From the NCBI GenBank assembly GCA_030749415.1, contig JASMKC010000029.1, positions 38,827 through 102,826 on the forward strand: a stretch of DNA of 64,000 bases, in the 5' to 3' direction. The translations under genes and the position numbers were made by a program. The stretch comes from Myxococcota bacterium. GTDB lineage: Bacteria; Myxococcota_A; UBA9160; SMWR01. Under the pieces are notes generated by a model. That model was not told the origin of the DNA. It made no database searches and saw only the letters and a list, made by a program, of their open reading frames with translations. Below, piece after piece: positions 9,276 to 18,661 of the stretch (positions within the stretch are counted from its first letter, which is position 1; each line of letters starts with the position of its first letter).

Positions 9276-9742
9276 CAACGGACGAGGCCGCGGACCTCGC
9301 CGAGATCCAGCAGAAGATCTACCGCTACGGCTACGCCATCGACGCGCGCGACTTCGAATCCCTCGACGCGCTGTTCACCGAGGATGCGATCGTCCACTAT
9401 GACGTTCCCGGCGGGGTGCGGAAGCCGTGGCCGGAGATGAAGGGCTGGCTCCCGCAGGGCCTGAAGCTCTTTCGAGTGACCCAGCACAACATGTCGAATC
9501 CCCTGGTGGAATTCGACTGCGATCGGGCGCGCTCCCGCACCTACGGGCACCTGCTTCACCTGCAGCACCACAAGGACGGCAGCACCACGCGCATGGTCCA
9601 CCACGCGACCTACAACGATGAGTGGGTGCGGGGAGCTGACGGCTGGAAGATCCGCCGGCGCACCCTTTCGAATCTCTACATGGAGGGCCGGGTCTACGGG
9701 CCGGACGATGTGGAGCTCTACGCGTCTCCCGAGCCTTACTGA
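9272..9742 (+). CDS. SnoaL-like / NTF2 family protein
   Basis: EIQQKIYRYGYAIDARDF..LFTEDA, TQHNMSN, YNDEWVR..GWKIRRR; overlaps the SDR stop. Confidence 0.88.
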   Translation: MTTDEAADLAEIQQKIYRYGYAIDARDFESLDALFTEDAIVHYDVPGGVRKPWPEMKGWLPQGLKLFRVTQHNMSNPLVEFDCDRARSRTYGHLLHLQHHKDGSTTRMVHHATYNDEWVRGADGWKIRRRTLSNLYMEGRVYGPDDVELYASPEPY

Positions 9743-9765
9743 GAAGTCGACGCAGGAGGAGACCC

Positions 9766-10869
9766 TTGGCGCAGGGCGATACCGAGAAGCGAATCGTGGA
9801 TGGAACCGTCTGGAGGGATTTCTGTCGCGCCCTCGAGGAGGCCGGCGACGCCATTCTCCGGGAGGGGACGCCCGGGGATCCGTTCCAGCGGGCAGAGGGG
9901 ATTCGCTACCTGTCGCGCCTCGCCCGCGCGGGTCTCGAGAGCTTCGTCGAGTCGTCGGATCCGCTCTTCCCCCGCTTCTTCCAACTCTCGAACGACACGA
10001 TCAAAATCGGAAACGACAATCCAGACAACATCTACCACAACGCCCGGGTGAGCGGCGCCCACGAATACCGCATCCGCGGCAAGCGGGGCTCCGTCCCGTA
10101 CCTGACCTTCGGGACCAAGAGCGGTGGCTACGAGACGGATGGCACTATGGTGCCGACGGGCCAGTTCGACCTGGCGGTGACTTCTTGTGAGTCCGATGGC
10201 TCCTTCGAGATCCTCGTGTCGTGCGAAGAGAAGCCGGGCAACTGGCTTCCGATGCAGCCCGAGACCAACTCGATCGTGGTGCGGCAGACTTTTGAACACC
10301 GGGACAAGGAAGCCGCGGCGGAGTACACGATCGAGTGTCTGGACGCGCGGGGTTCGGATAGTCTGCGGCCCGAGACGCTGGAACCGGCTCTCCAGCATGC
10401 CGCGCAGTTCGTGAAGGGAACCGCGAACCTCTTCGTGGACTGGATGAATCTCTTCCAGAAACACACGAATGCGCTGCCTCCCAACGACCAGAAGATGTGC
10501 CAGCGCGCCGGTGGGGACTCGAATATCTTCTACCACAACAGTCACTGGAAGCTCGGTCCCGACGAGGCACTGGTCATCGAGCTCATGCCTCCAGAATGCA
10601 CGGCCTGGAACCTCCAGCTCAGCAATTTCTGGATGGAGTCGTTGGACTTCCGCTATCACCGCATCCACGTGAACAAGCACACAGCCGTTTACGAATCCGA
10701 CGGGTCGGTCCGCATCGTCGTGGCGCACCGCGCCCCGGGACCGCGCTGGCCGAATTGGCTAGAAACGTGCGATCACGAGGAGGGCGCGATGCTCTTCCGC
10801 TACGTGGGCGCCGTCGAGACCCCACCCATTGCTGCCCGCGTGGTGCGCTTCGAAGACCTGGGCGAATAG
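9766..10869 (+). CDS. DUF1214 domain-containing protein
   Basis: RAEGIRYLSRL, GNDNPDNIY, WNLQLSNFWMESLDFR, DGSVRIVVAH..PG..NWL; TTG start with AGGAGG RBS. Confidence 0.8.
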   Translation: MAQGDTEKRIVDGTVWRDFCRALEEAGDAILREGTPGDPFQRAEGIRYLSRLARAGLESFVESSDPLFPRFFQLSNDTIKIGNDNPDNIYHNARVSGAHEYRIRGKRGSVPYLTFGTKSGGYETDGTMVPTGQFDLAVTSCESDGSFEILVSCEEKPGNWLPMQPETNSIVVRQTFEHRDKEAAAEYTIECLDARGSDSLRPETLEPALQHAAQFVKGTANLFVDWMNLFQKHTNALPPNDQKMCQRAGGDSNIFYHNSHWKLGPDEALVIELMPPECTAWNLQLSNFWMESLDFRYHRIHVNKHTAVYESDGSVRIVVAHRAPGPRWPNWLETCDHEEGAMLFRYVGAVETPPIAARVVRFEDLGE

Positions 10870-10888
10870 ATTCGGCCGGTCTTCTGAG

Positions 10889-12319
10889 TCACGCATGGAT
10901 TCGGGGCGTTCGACCGGTCCAGGGCGCAGCGGCTTCGAGCTGGGTGGCGAGGCGGAAGAGCAGGTCTTCGCGCCCGGTTGCGGCGACGAGCTGCACACCA
11001 ATCGGAAGGCCGCTTTCACTTTCGTGAAGGGGGAGCGAGATGGCGGGTTGCCCGGTGACGTCGAAGGGCAGGGTAAAGGGCGTGGTCTGCCCCATGCGCG
11101 GCAGCAGCTCTTCCAGGGGAACCTCCGGACTGCACTCTCCCAGGCGCGGTGTGAGCTTCGCGGTCGTCGGGGTCAACAGGACGTCGCCTTCGGTGGCCCA
11201 CCATTGCTGGAGTTCTCGTGACCAGGCGTGGGCGCGCTCCGCGGAAGCGATGTAGTCCGAGACGCTGAGGGCCCGCCCCTGCTCGGCCATGAGCCAGTTC
11301 ATGGGCTCGACGTCGTCTGGTCCGATGGGGGCGCCGGTGAGTTCCGACCACCGGTCCAACTCCCGCGCCAGGCCTGCGGCGATCCACGGGCCCGCCTGGA
11401 TGTCGCCGAGTGCCGGGATGCGGGCTTGTTCGACCCGGTGTCCCAGCTCCCCCAGCAGAGCCGCCGTTCGCTCCACGGCCTCGGCGCACGCGGGATCGAC
11501 GTCCGCGATCGAGGTGCGCGCAACGAAGCCGATCCGGAGTGCGGCCGGAGCCGCGTCGAGCTCTGCGAGCCAGGGCCGCACCGGGGCCGGGGCGGTGTAT
11601 GGATCCCCGACTGCGGGTCCTGCGACGGCGTCGAGCACTCCGGCGCAGTCGCGCACCGTGCGTGTGACCACGTGTTCGTGGGTGAGAGGCCCCCAGTACT
11701 CGCCCAGTTCGGGTCCGAGGCTCCCCCGGGCCCGGGTCGGCTTGAGCCCCACCAAGCCGCAAAAGGCCGACGGGATCCGGATCGAACCGCCCATGTCGTT
11801 GGCGTGCCCCACCGGTGCGAGCCCTGCGGCAACTGCTGCGGCCGAACCACCGCTCGAGCCTCCCGGTGAGAGCGAAGGATCCCAGGGGTTGCGGGTTGCG
11901 CCGTAGGCGAGCGGTTCGGTCGTAACCGACATGGCCAGCTCGGGGGTGTTGGTCTTGCCCACGATCACGAAGCCGGCGGCGCGGAAGCGCCGGGCCAGTT
12001 CCGTGTCGGTTTTCGCGACCCACTCGCGCTCCTTCAGGAACCGCATTCCCACGTGGTAGGGGTCGCCCGCCGTGTGGCAGACGGCGTCCTTCACGAGCAG
12101 GGGAACGCCTCGAAATGGGCCGTCGGGCAGCGCCCCGCCCGCGGCCTGGCGCGCCTTTTCGTAGAGCGGGTGGATCACGGCGTTGAGCTGCGGGTTTACC
12201 CGCTCGATGCGCGCGATGCTGGCTTCCACCAGCTCGGCGGGCGTCGTCTCGCCCCGCCGGACCCGCTCGGCCTGGGCAGTCGCGTCCAGCAGTGCAATCG
12301 GGTCGGAGTCTACCGGCAT
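10889..12319 (-). CDS. amidase (amidase-signature family)
   Basis: GVPLLVKD, GKTNTPE, PGGSSGGSAAAVA, DMGGSIRIPS; ATG 12319. Confidence 0.93.
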   Translation of the reverse strand: MPVDSDPIALLDATAQAERVRRGETTPAELVEASIARIERVNPQLNAVIHPLYEKARQAAGGALPDGPFRGVPLLVKDAVCHTAGDPYHVGMRFLKEREWVAKTDTELARRFRAAGFVIVGKTNTPELAMSVTTEPLAYGATRNPWDPSLSPGGSSGGSAAAVAAGLAPVGHANDMGGSIRIPSAFCGLVGLKPTRARGSLGPELGEYWGPLTHEHVVTRTVRDCAGVLDAVAGPAVGDPYTAPAPVRPWLAELDAAPAALRIGFVARTSIADVDPACAEAVERTAALLGELGHRVEQARIPALGDIQAGPWIAAGLARELDRWSELTGAPIGPDDVEPMNWLMAEQGRALSVSDYIASAERAHAWSRELQQWWATEGDVLLTPTTAKLTPRLGECSPEVPLEELLPRMGQTTPFTLPFDVTGQPAISLPLHESESGLPIGVQLVAATGREDLLFRLATQLEAAAPWTGRTPRIHA

Positions 12320-12327
12320 GGCTGGCC

Positions 12328-13182
12328 TCACTCGTCGAAGGGTGCGCGTCCGGCGAGTACCGCCGCGAAGGCCTCGGCCCCGTAGATCTGCTCGACCATT
12401 GGCCCCATGTCGGGTGCCCGCCGCAGCTCGTTGCCCCCCTCGATGGCGAAACTCTGGCCGGTCACCCAGGAGGACTCGGGCCCCGCCAGGTAGCGAACGC
12501 CCGCCGCCACGTCTTCGGGCTCGCCGAGACGACCCAGGGGCTTTTGCTCCGAGAAGCGTCGGTAGATTTCCGGGTCGGCGAAAAGTGCCGCGGTCGAGCC
12601 GGCGCGCGTGAGACCCGGGCGCACGGCATTCACGCGAATTTTCTGACCCGAGAGCTCTTCGGCAGCGCAGCGCACGAAGGCCTCGAGCCCTGCCTTGGCC
12701 GTGCAGTAGGCGGGGATCCACGGGAAGACGAGCTTGGCCGAGTCGGAGGAGATGCACACGATGCTGCCGCCGCCCGAGCGCGCGAGGAGCGGAGCGGCGT
12801 AGCGCACGGCGAGGAAGGCGCTGATGATATTCAACGAGAGATTCTCGAGGAAGGTTTCCTCATCGTGCATCAGGAGCGGGCGAATTTCACCGCCGCCGAC
12901 AGTGGGAATCACGATGTCGAGGCGTCCCTGCAGCGCCCAGGCCGCGTCGAGCGCGGCGACGACGCCTTCCTTCTTGCGCGCGTCCCCGGCGTGGATGACC
13001 ACGGTCGCTCCCGGACAACGCTCGAGGATTCCCTTGCGGGTGGACTCGAGTGCGCCGGCGCGCCGGCCCATGAGCAGCGCGGCAGCGCCGTCGCGAACCA
13101 GCGCTTCGGCGCAGGCGCTGCCGATGCCACCCGAGCCGCCCGTCACGAAGGCGGTCTTGCCGGCGAGGGGTGCCGCGGTCAT
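12328..13182 (-). CDS. SDR family oxidoreductase
   Basis: TGGSGGIG, YCTAK, VNAVRPG; ATG 13182 overlaps the upstream stop. Confidence 0.92.
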   Translation of the reverse strand: MTAAPLAGKTAFVTGGSGGIGSACAEALVRDGAAALLMGRRAGALESTRKGILERCPGATVVIHAGDARKKEGVVAALDAAWALQGRLDIVIPTVGGGEIRPLLMHDEETFLENLSLNIISAFLAVRYAAPLLARSGGGSIVCISSDSAKLVFPWIPAYCTAKAGLEAFVRCAAEELSGQKIRVNAVRPGLTRAGSTAALFADPEIYRRFSEQKPLGRLGEPEDVAAGVRYLAGPESSWVTGQSFAIEGGNELRRAPDMGPMVEQIYGAEAFAAVLAGRAPFDE

Positions 13183-13610
13183 TGGGTGTCTCCCTTGAGG
13201 GGAAGTTCCTGCTCCCAGACGACGCGGAGTTCCCGGCGTGCGATGCGCCAGCCCTCCGGCTCGCGGCGGAAGCGGTCCTGGTAGCGGATACCCCAGTCGA
13301 GCTTGCAGGGACGCCCGTCCTTTTCGAGCACGTGGTTGGCGACGCAGTACGTCTCTCCGGTCGCCTCGTCTCCGTCGATCGCCACGAACTGGTTGTGGAC
13401 CGAGTGGAGAGTGACTGGGAACTGCTCGATTCCGCGCATGGCTCCGCGAATCTCGTCGGACCCGCGACACTCGAACCCCGGGCCGACGAGAGTCGCGTCT
13501 GCTGTGAAGACACGGTCCACGAGGGCGTAATCGCGGTCGTCCGGAATTCGTGAGTACAGGTAGACGAGATCCCGCAGTGCCTGCCGGTCCTCGAGTTCGT
13601 TGGAATTCAT
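13179..13610 (-). CDS. SnoaL-like / NTF2 family protein
   Basis: LEDRQALRDLVYLY, TLHSVHN, YQDRFRR..GWRIARR. Confidence 0.87.
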   Translation of the reverse strand: MNSNELEDRQALRDLVYLYSRIPDDRDYALVDRVFTADATLVGPGFECRGSDEIRGAMRGIEQFPVTLHSVHNQFVAIDGDEATGETYCVANHVLEKDGRPCKLDWGIRYQDRFRREPEGWRIARRELRVVWEQELPLKGDTQ

Positions 13611-13675
13611 GCTCGGTCCTCCGTGGGCCGCCAGGATACCCCCTGGGAGTCTTCGGGTTGCGCTACCTACTCGGA

Positions 13676-15088
13676 ATGCCGGACGGCCGACGCGGTCCGA
13701 GGCGTTGGGGGCTCGCCACCGCAGCGCTCGTTTTCTGCGCCGTGGCCGCGTTGGTCGCGTGGGGGAGTCTCGAACGTCGCGCCCTCGCGGAGCGTCTGCT
13801 GGTCGACTTGCTGCGAGACCGGGGCGTGCCGGAGCCCAGCCTTCGGGTGGAGGACTTCGGAGCTTCCGGCATTCGTGTCGCCGACCTTTCGCTCGGGCGG
13901 GACGATGAGGTCACGGCGAGTCGCGTCACCGCGAACTGGACTGGCGCCAGCCTGGGAGACGGGCGGATCGAGCGTCTCGAGGTCGATGGCCTCGAGGTCC
14001 GCGCTCGCCTCGAGGCAGATCGGATCTCGCTCGGTTTTCTCGATGCGCTGCTGGCCTCAGGAGAGACAGAGACGGGAGGCGGGGGCGCAGCGGAACTTCC
14101 CGTCATCGGGGCGCATCTGGAGGCGGCGCGGATCGCACTCGAGACTCCCGGTGGTTCAGTGGTCGTTCGGGTCGATGCCGATTTCGAGCGCGGCGAGGCG
14201 CAGGCCGCACTCCGACTCGAGCCGCTCGTATTCGAACCAGGTGGGCTCCAGCCCGCGCAGCTGGTGCCCGTACTCGGGGAGTGGCTGGTCCAGGCCTCGG
14301 GTCGCGTCGAGGGGCAGGGCGTCGCGCGCTGGAGTGCCGGGGAGCCCGAGGTGCGCTTCGACGTGGAGCTCTCGGGTGTGGACCTCGAACTGCCCTTTGC
14401 CAGCATCGAAGGGCTCGCCGGCACGTTGCGGGGGGTCGCGCCGCCTCCCGCACTCCCCGCTCCCCAGCAGCTCAGCATGACCCACCTGCACCTGGGGCTC
14501 GACCTGACGGACGGCGAGGTGCGCTTCGGCATCGATTCCGACCGGGTCTTGGAGATCGAGGAGGCGCGTTGGAGCCTGGCCGGAGGAACCCTGCGAACCT
14601 CGGGTCGCGTCGACTTTTCTGCGGACGAGCAGCGACTCGTTTTCCGGGTGCGGAACGTCGATCTCGCCCGGCTGCTCCAGAGCCTCGACATCGCCGGGCT
14701 CTCGGGCGAGGGTCGGCTCTCCGGCGAACTCCCCGTGGTGCGCCACGGGGAGCAGCTGGTGATTCGGGGCGGGAGAATCGCCGCGGATGCGGGCGGCGTG
14801 TTGCGTTACGCCCCCCCGCCGGGTCCCGGCACGAGCGAGGCCGGTTTCGACATTCTGTTCGCGGCCCTCAGCAATTTTCGCTACGAGACGCTCTCCGCGG
14901 GAATAGACGGTGATCTGCTCGGCGATGTGCGGCTCGGGCTCCACGTGGGCGGGAGCAATCCCGAACTCGAGGCCGGGCGCGCGGTGAAGTTCAATCTCGT
15001 CGTCGATGCACCGCTGTTGAGCATGCTTCAGGGCGTTGCCCGGTCCGTCGAGATTCCGGGGGCGGTCGAGCGGGCGCTCATCCGGTAG
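13676..15088 (+). CDS. ydbH: YdbH family intermembrane bridge protein (short form)
   Basis: N-terminal TM, beta-rich body, C-terminal GEGRLSGELPV..GGVLRY..ALSNFRY..GSNPE..VKFNL; followed by ynbE and ydbL homologues. Confidence 0.8.
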   Translation: MPDGRRGPRRWGLATAALVFCAVAALVAWGSLERRALAERLLVDLLRDRGVPEPSLRVEDFGASGIRVADLSLGRDDEVTASRVTANWTGASLGDGRIERLEVDGLEVRARLEADRISLGFLDALLASGETETGGGGAAELPVIGAHLEAARIALETPGGSVVVRVDADFERGEAQAALRLEPLVFEPGGLQPAQLVPVLGEWLVQASGRVEGQGVARWSAGEPEVRFDVELSGVDLELPFASIEGLAGTLRGVAPPPALPAPQQLSMTHLHLGLDLTDGEVRFGIDSDRVLEIEEARWSLAGGTLRTSGRVDFSADEQRLVFRVRNVDLARLLQSLDIAGLSGEGRLSGELPVVRHGEQLVIRGGRIAADAGGVLRYAPPPGPGTSEAGFDILFAALSNFRYETLSAGIDGDLLGDVRLGLHVGGSNPELEAGRAVKFNLVVDAPLLSMLQGVARSVEIPGAVERALIR

Positions 15089-15099
15089 ACTTCGGCGCT

Positions 15100-15285
15100 G
15101 TGTGGTTCCGGATCATCCTGCTGGCGGTTTCTTGCGCTGCCTGCACGCCCAAGGCCGACGTTTCGGTCAGGGCGCCCGAGAAACCGATCGTCATCAATCT
15201 CCACGTGAAGATCGAGCACGAGATCCGCATCAAAGTCGACAAGGATCTCGACGAGCTCTTCGCGGAGGACAAGGGGCTTTTCTGA
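15100..15285 (+). CDS. ynbE: YnbE family lipoprotein
   Basis: CAAC lipobox; PEKPIVINLHVKIEHEIRIKVDKDLDELF signature. Confidence 0.9.
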   Translation: MWFRIILLAVSCAACTPKADVSVRAPEKPIVINLHVKIEHEIRIKVDKDLDELFAEDKGLF

Positions 15286-15302
15286 GTTCCTGGGAGGCAC
15301 CC

Positions 15303-15644
15303 TTGCAGAGCCGTTGGTTTCGCGCGATGGGGGCTGCACTGCTCGGCCTCTGGCTCGCCGCCGCGCCCGCGCTGGCCCTCGATCTGGACGGGGCCAAGGC
15401 TTCGGGTCAGGTGGGCGAGCAACTCGATGGTTACGTGGGACTCGTGAAGGGCGGTGCGTCCGGGGAGGTGCAGGACCTGGTCCAGCAGGTGAACGGCGGC
15501 CGCCGCGAAAGGTACGCGGAGATCGCGCGTGAGAACGGCATCGGCGTCGAGGCGGTTGGTGCACGGGCCGGCGCGAAGCTCGTCGAGAGGGCCACGGCGG
15601 GTCAGTGGGTCAAGGGTTCGAACGGGAAGTGGCTTCAGAAGTGA
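15303..15644 (+). CDS. ydbL: YdbL family (DUF1318) protein
   Basis: Signal peptide, then LDLDGAKASGQVGEQLDGY..VNGGRRERYAEIA..GQWV; TTG 15303 with GGAGG RBS (alternative ATG 15327). Confidence 0.87.
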   Translation: MQSRWFRAMGAALLGLWLAAAPALALDLDGAKASGQVGEQLDGYVGLVKGGASGEVQDLVQQVNGGRRERYAEIARENGIGVEAVGARAGAKLVERATAGQWVKGSNGKWLQK

Positions 15645-15653
15645 CTTCCCATG

Positions 15654-17105
15654 TCAGTGGAGAGCAGGCGGTCGCGCCTCGGACTCCTCCACGCCGCCCC
15701 GGGTCACAGCCTCAACGTCACCCAGTCGGGCGAGTGAAGCCTGGAGCATCTCCACGAAGACGTCGGCGTCGGGCACCAGGTCCGGGTCGCTGATGATCCC
15801 CCAGCTGACCTTTCCGTCGTAGCTGATCAGCCCGATGGCCAGCCCCATCCCGTCGAGCAGCGGTGCCTGGGGATAGATGCTCTTCAGCCGCGCGCCGCGC
15901 ATGTAGAGCGGGATCTGGGGTCCGGGGACGTTGGTGACGATCGTGTTGACCGGCCCCGAGATGGCCTGGGCCCCCAGCGAAAGCAAGCTGGACGGCGTCC
16001 ACTCTGCGATGCCCAGCATCAACTCGACGCCGAGCGCCTGCCGCGTCTCCTTCAACTCGCGCGTCTGGCCCGTGATCCGTTCGAGCTGGCGGCGCGGGTC
16101 GTCCTCCTCGATGGGGAGCGGAACGATCCACGAGGAGACGCGGTTTCCCAGTTTTCCACGCTCCTCGTCGCTGCGAGTGCTCACCGGAGCGGATACGCGG
16201 AAGTCGAGGTGCTGCGGGTCCACGCCCCGGTGGAGCAGGTATTCGCGCACGGCGCCGGTCACGGTCGTCAGCACGACGTCGTTGATCGAGCAGCTCGAGG
16301 CGCGGCGGATCGCCTTGAGATATTCGAGCGGGACATCGAACCAGTCGAAGCCGCGATGCGGCCCCACCTTGCCGTTGAGCGGGGTCGCGTCGGTGCTGGT
16401 CCCCATGCCCGCCAGGTGCGTCAGCGCCTGGACGCGTATGCCGACCTCCTCCTTCAGGTTGGGCACTTTCCGGAGCGTCTGAATTCCTTCGATGACGCGC
16501 GTGGGCATCGATAGGCGGCGCAGTGTTTCGTCTCGCATCAGCTGGACGCGTGTCGGAGCCGGCCTCGGAATGAACTCCGGGAGCGGGCTGGCGGGAGGTA
16601 CCTCTGCGCTCGGTGAGAGCAGGATGTGGGAGAGGTCGACGCCCGACACGCCGTCGATCATGCAGTGATGGACCTTGCACAGAAAGCCGAAACACGCCCC
16701 GCCATCGATTCCCTCGACAACCCAGGTCTCCCAAAGCGGCCGGTTCCTGTCCAGCGGTTGTGCCATTATCCGAGCCGCAAGCGCCTTCAGCTGCTCCTTT
16801 CCGCCGGGTCGCGGCAGGGCGGTGTGCCGGAGGTGAAAGTCGAGCGAGAAGCGCGGGTCGTCGACCCAGACGGCGTGCTGGTCGAACGGTATCCAATGCA
16901 GCTTCTGTCGGTAGCGGGGAATCCGGTGCAGCACGGCGTCGATGGCGTCGCGAATCCCGGCAAAGTCGATGCCTCCGTCCGGTGTCTGGAGCGGGTCCGA
17001 TTCGAAGACCAGCAGCGAGCCGACGTGCATGGGGAGGTTTCGCGTCTCCATCAACAGGAACGAGTTGTCCTGGGCCGAGAGGCGGTCGTAGTTGTACCGG
17101 GCCAT
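15654..17105 (-). CDS. wax ester/triacylglycerol synthase (WS/DGAT)
   Basis: RLSAQDNSFL, PLDRNRPLWE, HHCMIDG catalytic motif, TNVPGP. Confidence 0.93.
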   Translation of the reverse strand: MARYNYDRLSAQDNSFLLMETRNLPMHVGSLLVFESDPLQTPDGGIDFAGIRDAIDAVLHRIPRYRQKLHWIPFDQHAVWVDDPRFSLDFHLRHTALPRPGGKEQLKALAARIMAQPLDRNRPLWETWVVEGIDGGACFGFLCKVHHCMIDGVSGVDLSHILLSPSAEVPPASPLPEFIPRPAPTRVQLMRDETLRRLSMPTRVIEGIQTLRKVPNLKEEVGIRVQALTHLAGMGTSTDATPLNGKVGPHRGFDWFDVPLEYLKAIRRASSCSINDVVLTTVTGAVREYLLHRGVDPQHLDFRVSAPVSTRSDEERGKLGNRVSSWIVPLPIEEDDPRRQLERITGQTRELKETRQALGVELMLGIAEWTPSSLLSLGAQAISGPVNTIVTNVPGPQIPLYMRGARLKSIYPQAPLLDGMGLAIGLISYDGKVSWGIISDPDLVPDADVFVEMLQASLARLGDVEAVTRGGVEESEARPPALH

Positions 17106-17131
17106 GGCAGGGGCTCCTTCGGATTTTCGGG

Positions 17132-18589
17132 TCAGGCCTTCGCCTGCTCGGCTTGGCTGGGATGTGCTGCGCCTTCGGAGAACTCGTCGGGGGCAGCCGC
17201 TGCCGCCACCCGCTCAAGGCTGGTTTGGACGGCGGCGAGGAATGACTCGAGATCGGGTACGAGCTGGGGGTCGGCGTTGAATCCCCAGCAGACCTTCCCG
17301 TCGTAGCTGATCAGCGCGATCCCGATTCCGATGTTCGGCAGCAGGGGTACCTGGGGGTAGAGCGCCAGCATTCGCGCGCCCTGGAGGTAGAGTGGGAACT
17401 GCGGCCCGGGGACGTTGGTGACGATCGAGTTGACGGCACCGGATGCGGCCTGCACGCCCAATGAGAGCAGTCCCGTCGGCATCTCGCCGATTGCCTTCAT
17501 CATCATCTCGACCCCCAGAGCCTGGTGGGACTGCTTGAGCTCCCGGGTCGTCTCGCGGATGGCGGCGAGCTGATCGTGGGGGTTTTCCTCTTCGAGAGGA
17601 AGCCGCACCAGCCAGCCCGAAACGTGGTTGCCCAGCTTTCCCTGGGACTCCTCCGGCCTCACGCTCACCGGTGCCTGGATGCGGAATTCGAGGTCTTCCG
17701 GCCGCACGCCCCGGCGTCGCAGGTAGTTGCGGAAGGCTTCGGTCACGATCGTGAGCACGAGGTCGTTGAGCTTGCAGTCGTAAGCGCGCCGCAGCGCCTT
17801 GAGCTCGCCCAGGTCCATGTCGATCCAGCCGAAGGCGCGGTGCGGTCCCACGAGGCCGTTGACCGGACTTTCGGAAGCGAGGGAGTACTGGTCGGCAAAA
17901 AGTCGTGCCAGGATGCGGGTGCGCATCCGGATCTCCCCCCAGAAATCCTGGCTCTCGCGTCGGAACTCGCGGATCCCGCGCAGCGCGCGCAGCGGCAATG
18001 CGAGCCGATGGCGCAGTGCGAGAGCGACCAACTCGGCTCGTTCCGGTGCCGGGCGCGGGATGAAGCGGGGCGTCTTCCCGATGCGCCGGTCCGGTGTGCG
18101 CGATTGGAGGATCTGCGAGATGTCGACCCCCGAGCTTCCATCGATCATGCAGTGATGAATCTTGCTGATCAGGGCGAAGCGTCCTCCCGACAACCCCTCC
18201 GCCACCCAGATCTCCCAGAGCGGGCGTTCGCGGTCGAGTGGCTGCGCCATGACCCGGGCGGAGAGCGCGCGCAGCTGGGATTCGTCCCCCGGCCTCGGAA
18301 GCGACGTGTGACGAACGTGGTAGTCGAGCTGGAAATCGGCATCGTCGACCCAAACCGGCGTGCCGTCGAGGGGTACGGTCATCAGCTTCTGCCGATAGCG
18401 CGGGATGCGGTGGAGCACCGATGCGACGAACCGTTTGATACGGGCGAAGTCGACCCCGCCGTTTTCGGTTGCGAGCGGACCCAACTCGAAGATCTGAGTC
18501 GACGAGACGTGCATGTGGAGATTGGGAGTCTCGAGCACCAGGAACGAGTGGTCCTGTGCGGACAAGGGTTCATACATGTATTGGGCCAT
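17132..18589 (-). CDS. wax ester/triacylglycerol synthase (WS/DGAT), tandem paralogue
   Basis: PLSAQDHSFL, PLDRERPLWE, HHCMIDG, TNVPGP; ATG 18589. Confidence 0.93.
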   Translation of the reverse strand: MAQYMYEPLSAQDHSFLVLETPNLHMHVSSTQIFELGPLATENGGVDFARIKRFVASVLHRIPRYRQKLMTVPLDGTPVWVDDADFQLDYHVRHTSLPRPGDESQLRALSARVMAQPLDRERPLWEIWVAEGLSGGRFALISKIHHCMIDGSSGVDISQILQSRTPDRRIGKTPRFIPRPAPERAELVALALRHRLALPLRALRGIREFRRESQDFWGEIRMRTRILARLFADQYSLASESPVNGLVGPHRAFGWIDMDLGELKALRRAYDCKLNDLVLTIVTEAFRNYLRRRGVRPEDLEFRIQAPVSVRPEESQGKLGNHVSGWLVRLPLEEENPHDQLAAIRETTRELKQSHQALGVEMMMKAIGEMPTGLLSLGVQAASGAVNSIVTNVPGPQFPLYLQGARMLALYPQVPLLPNIGIGIALISYDGKVCWGFNADPQLVPDLESFLAAVQTSLERVAAAAAPDEFSEGAAHPSQAEQAKA

Positions 18590-18661
18590 GCTTGATCTAC
18601 TCACACTCTGGTTTGAATTGTGACCACCGGGCATCGGGAAAGCTCAGCTGCCCGCAGCGTG

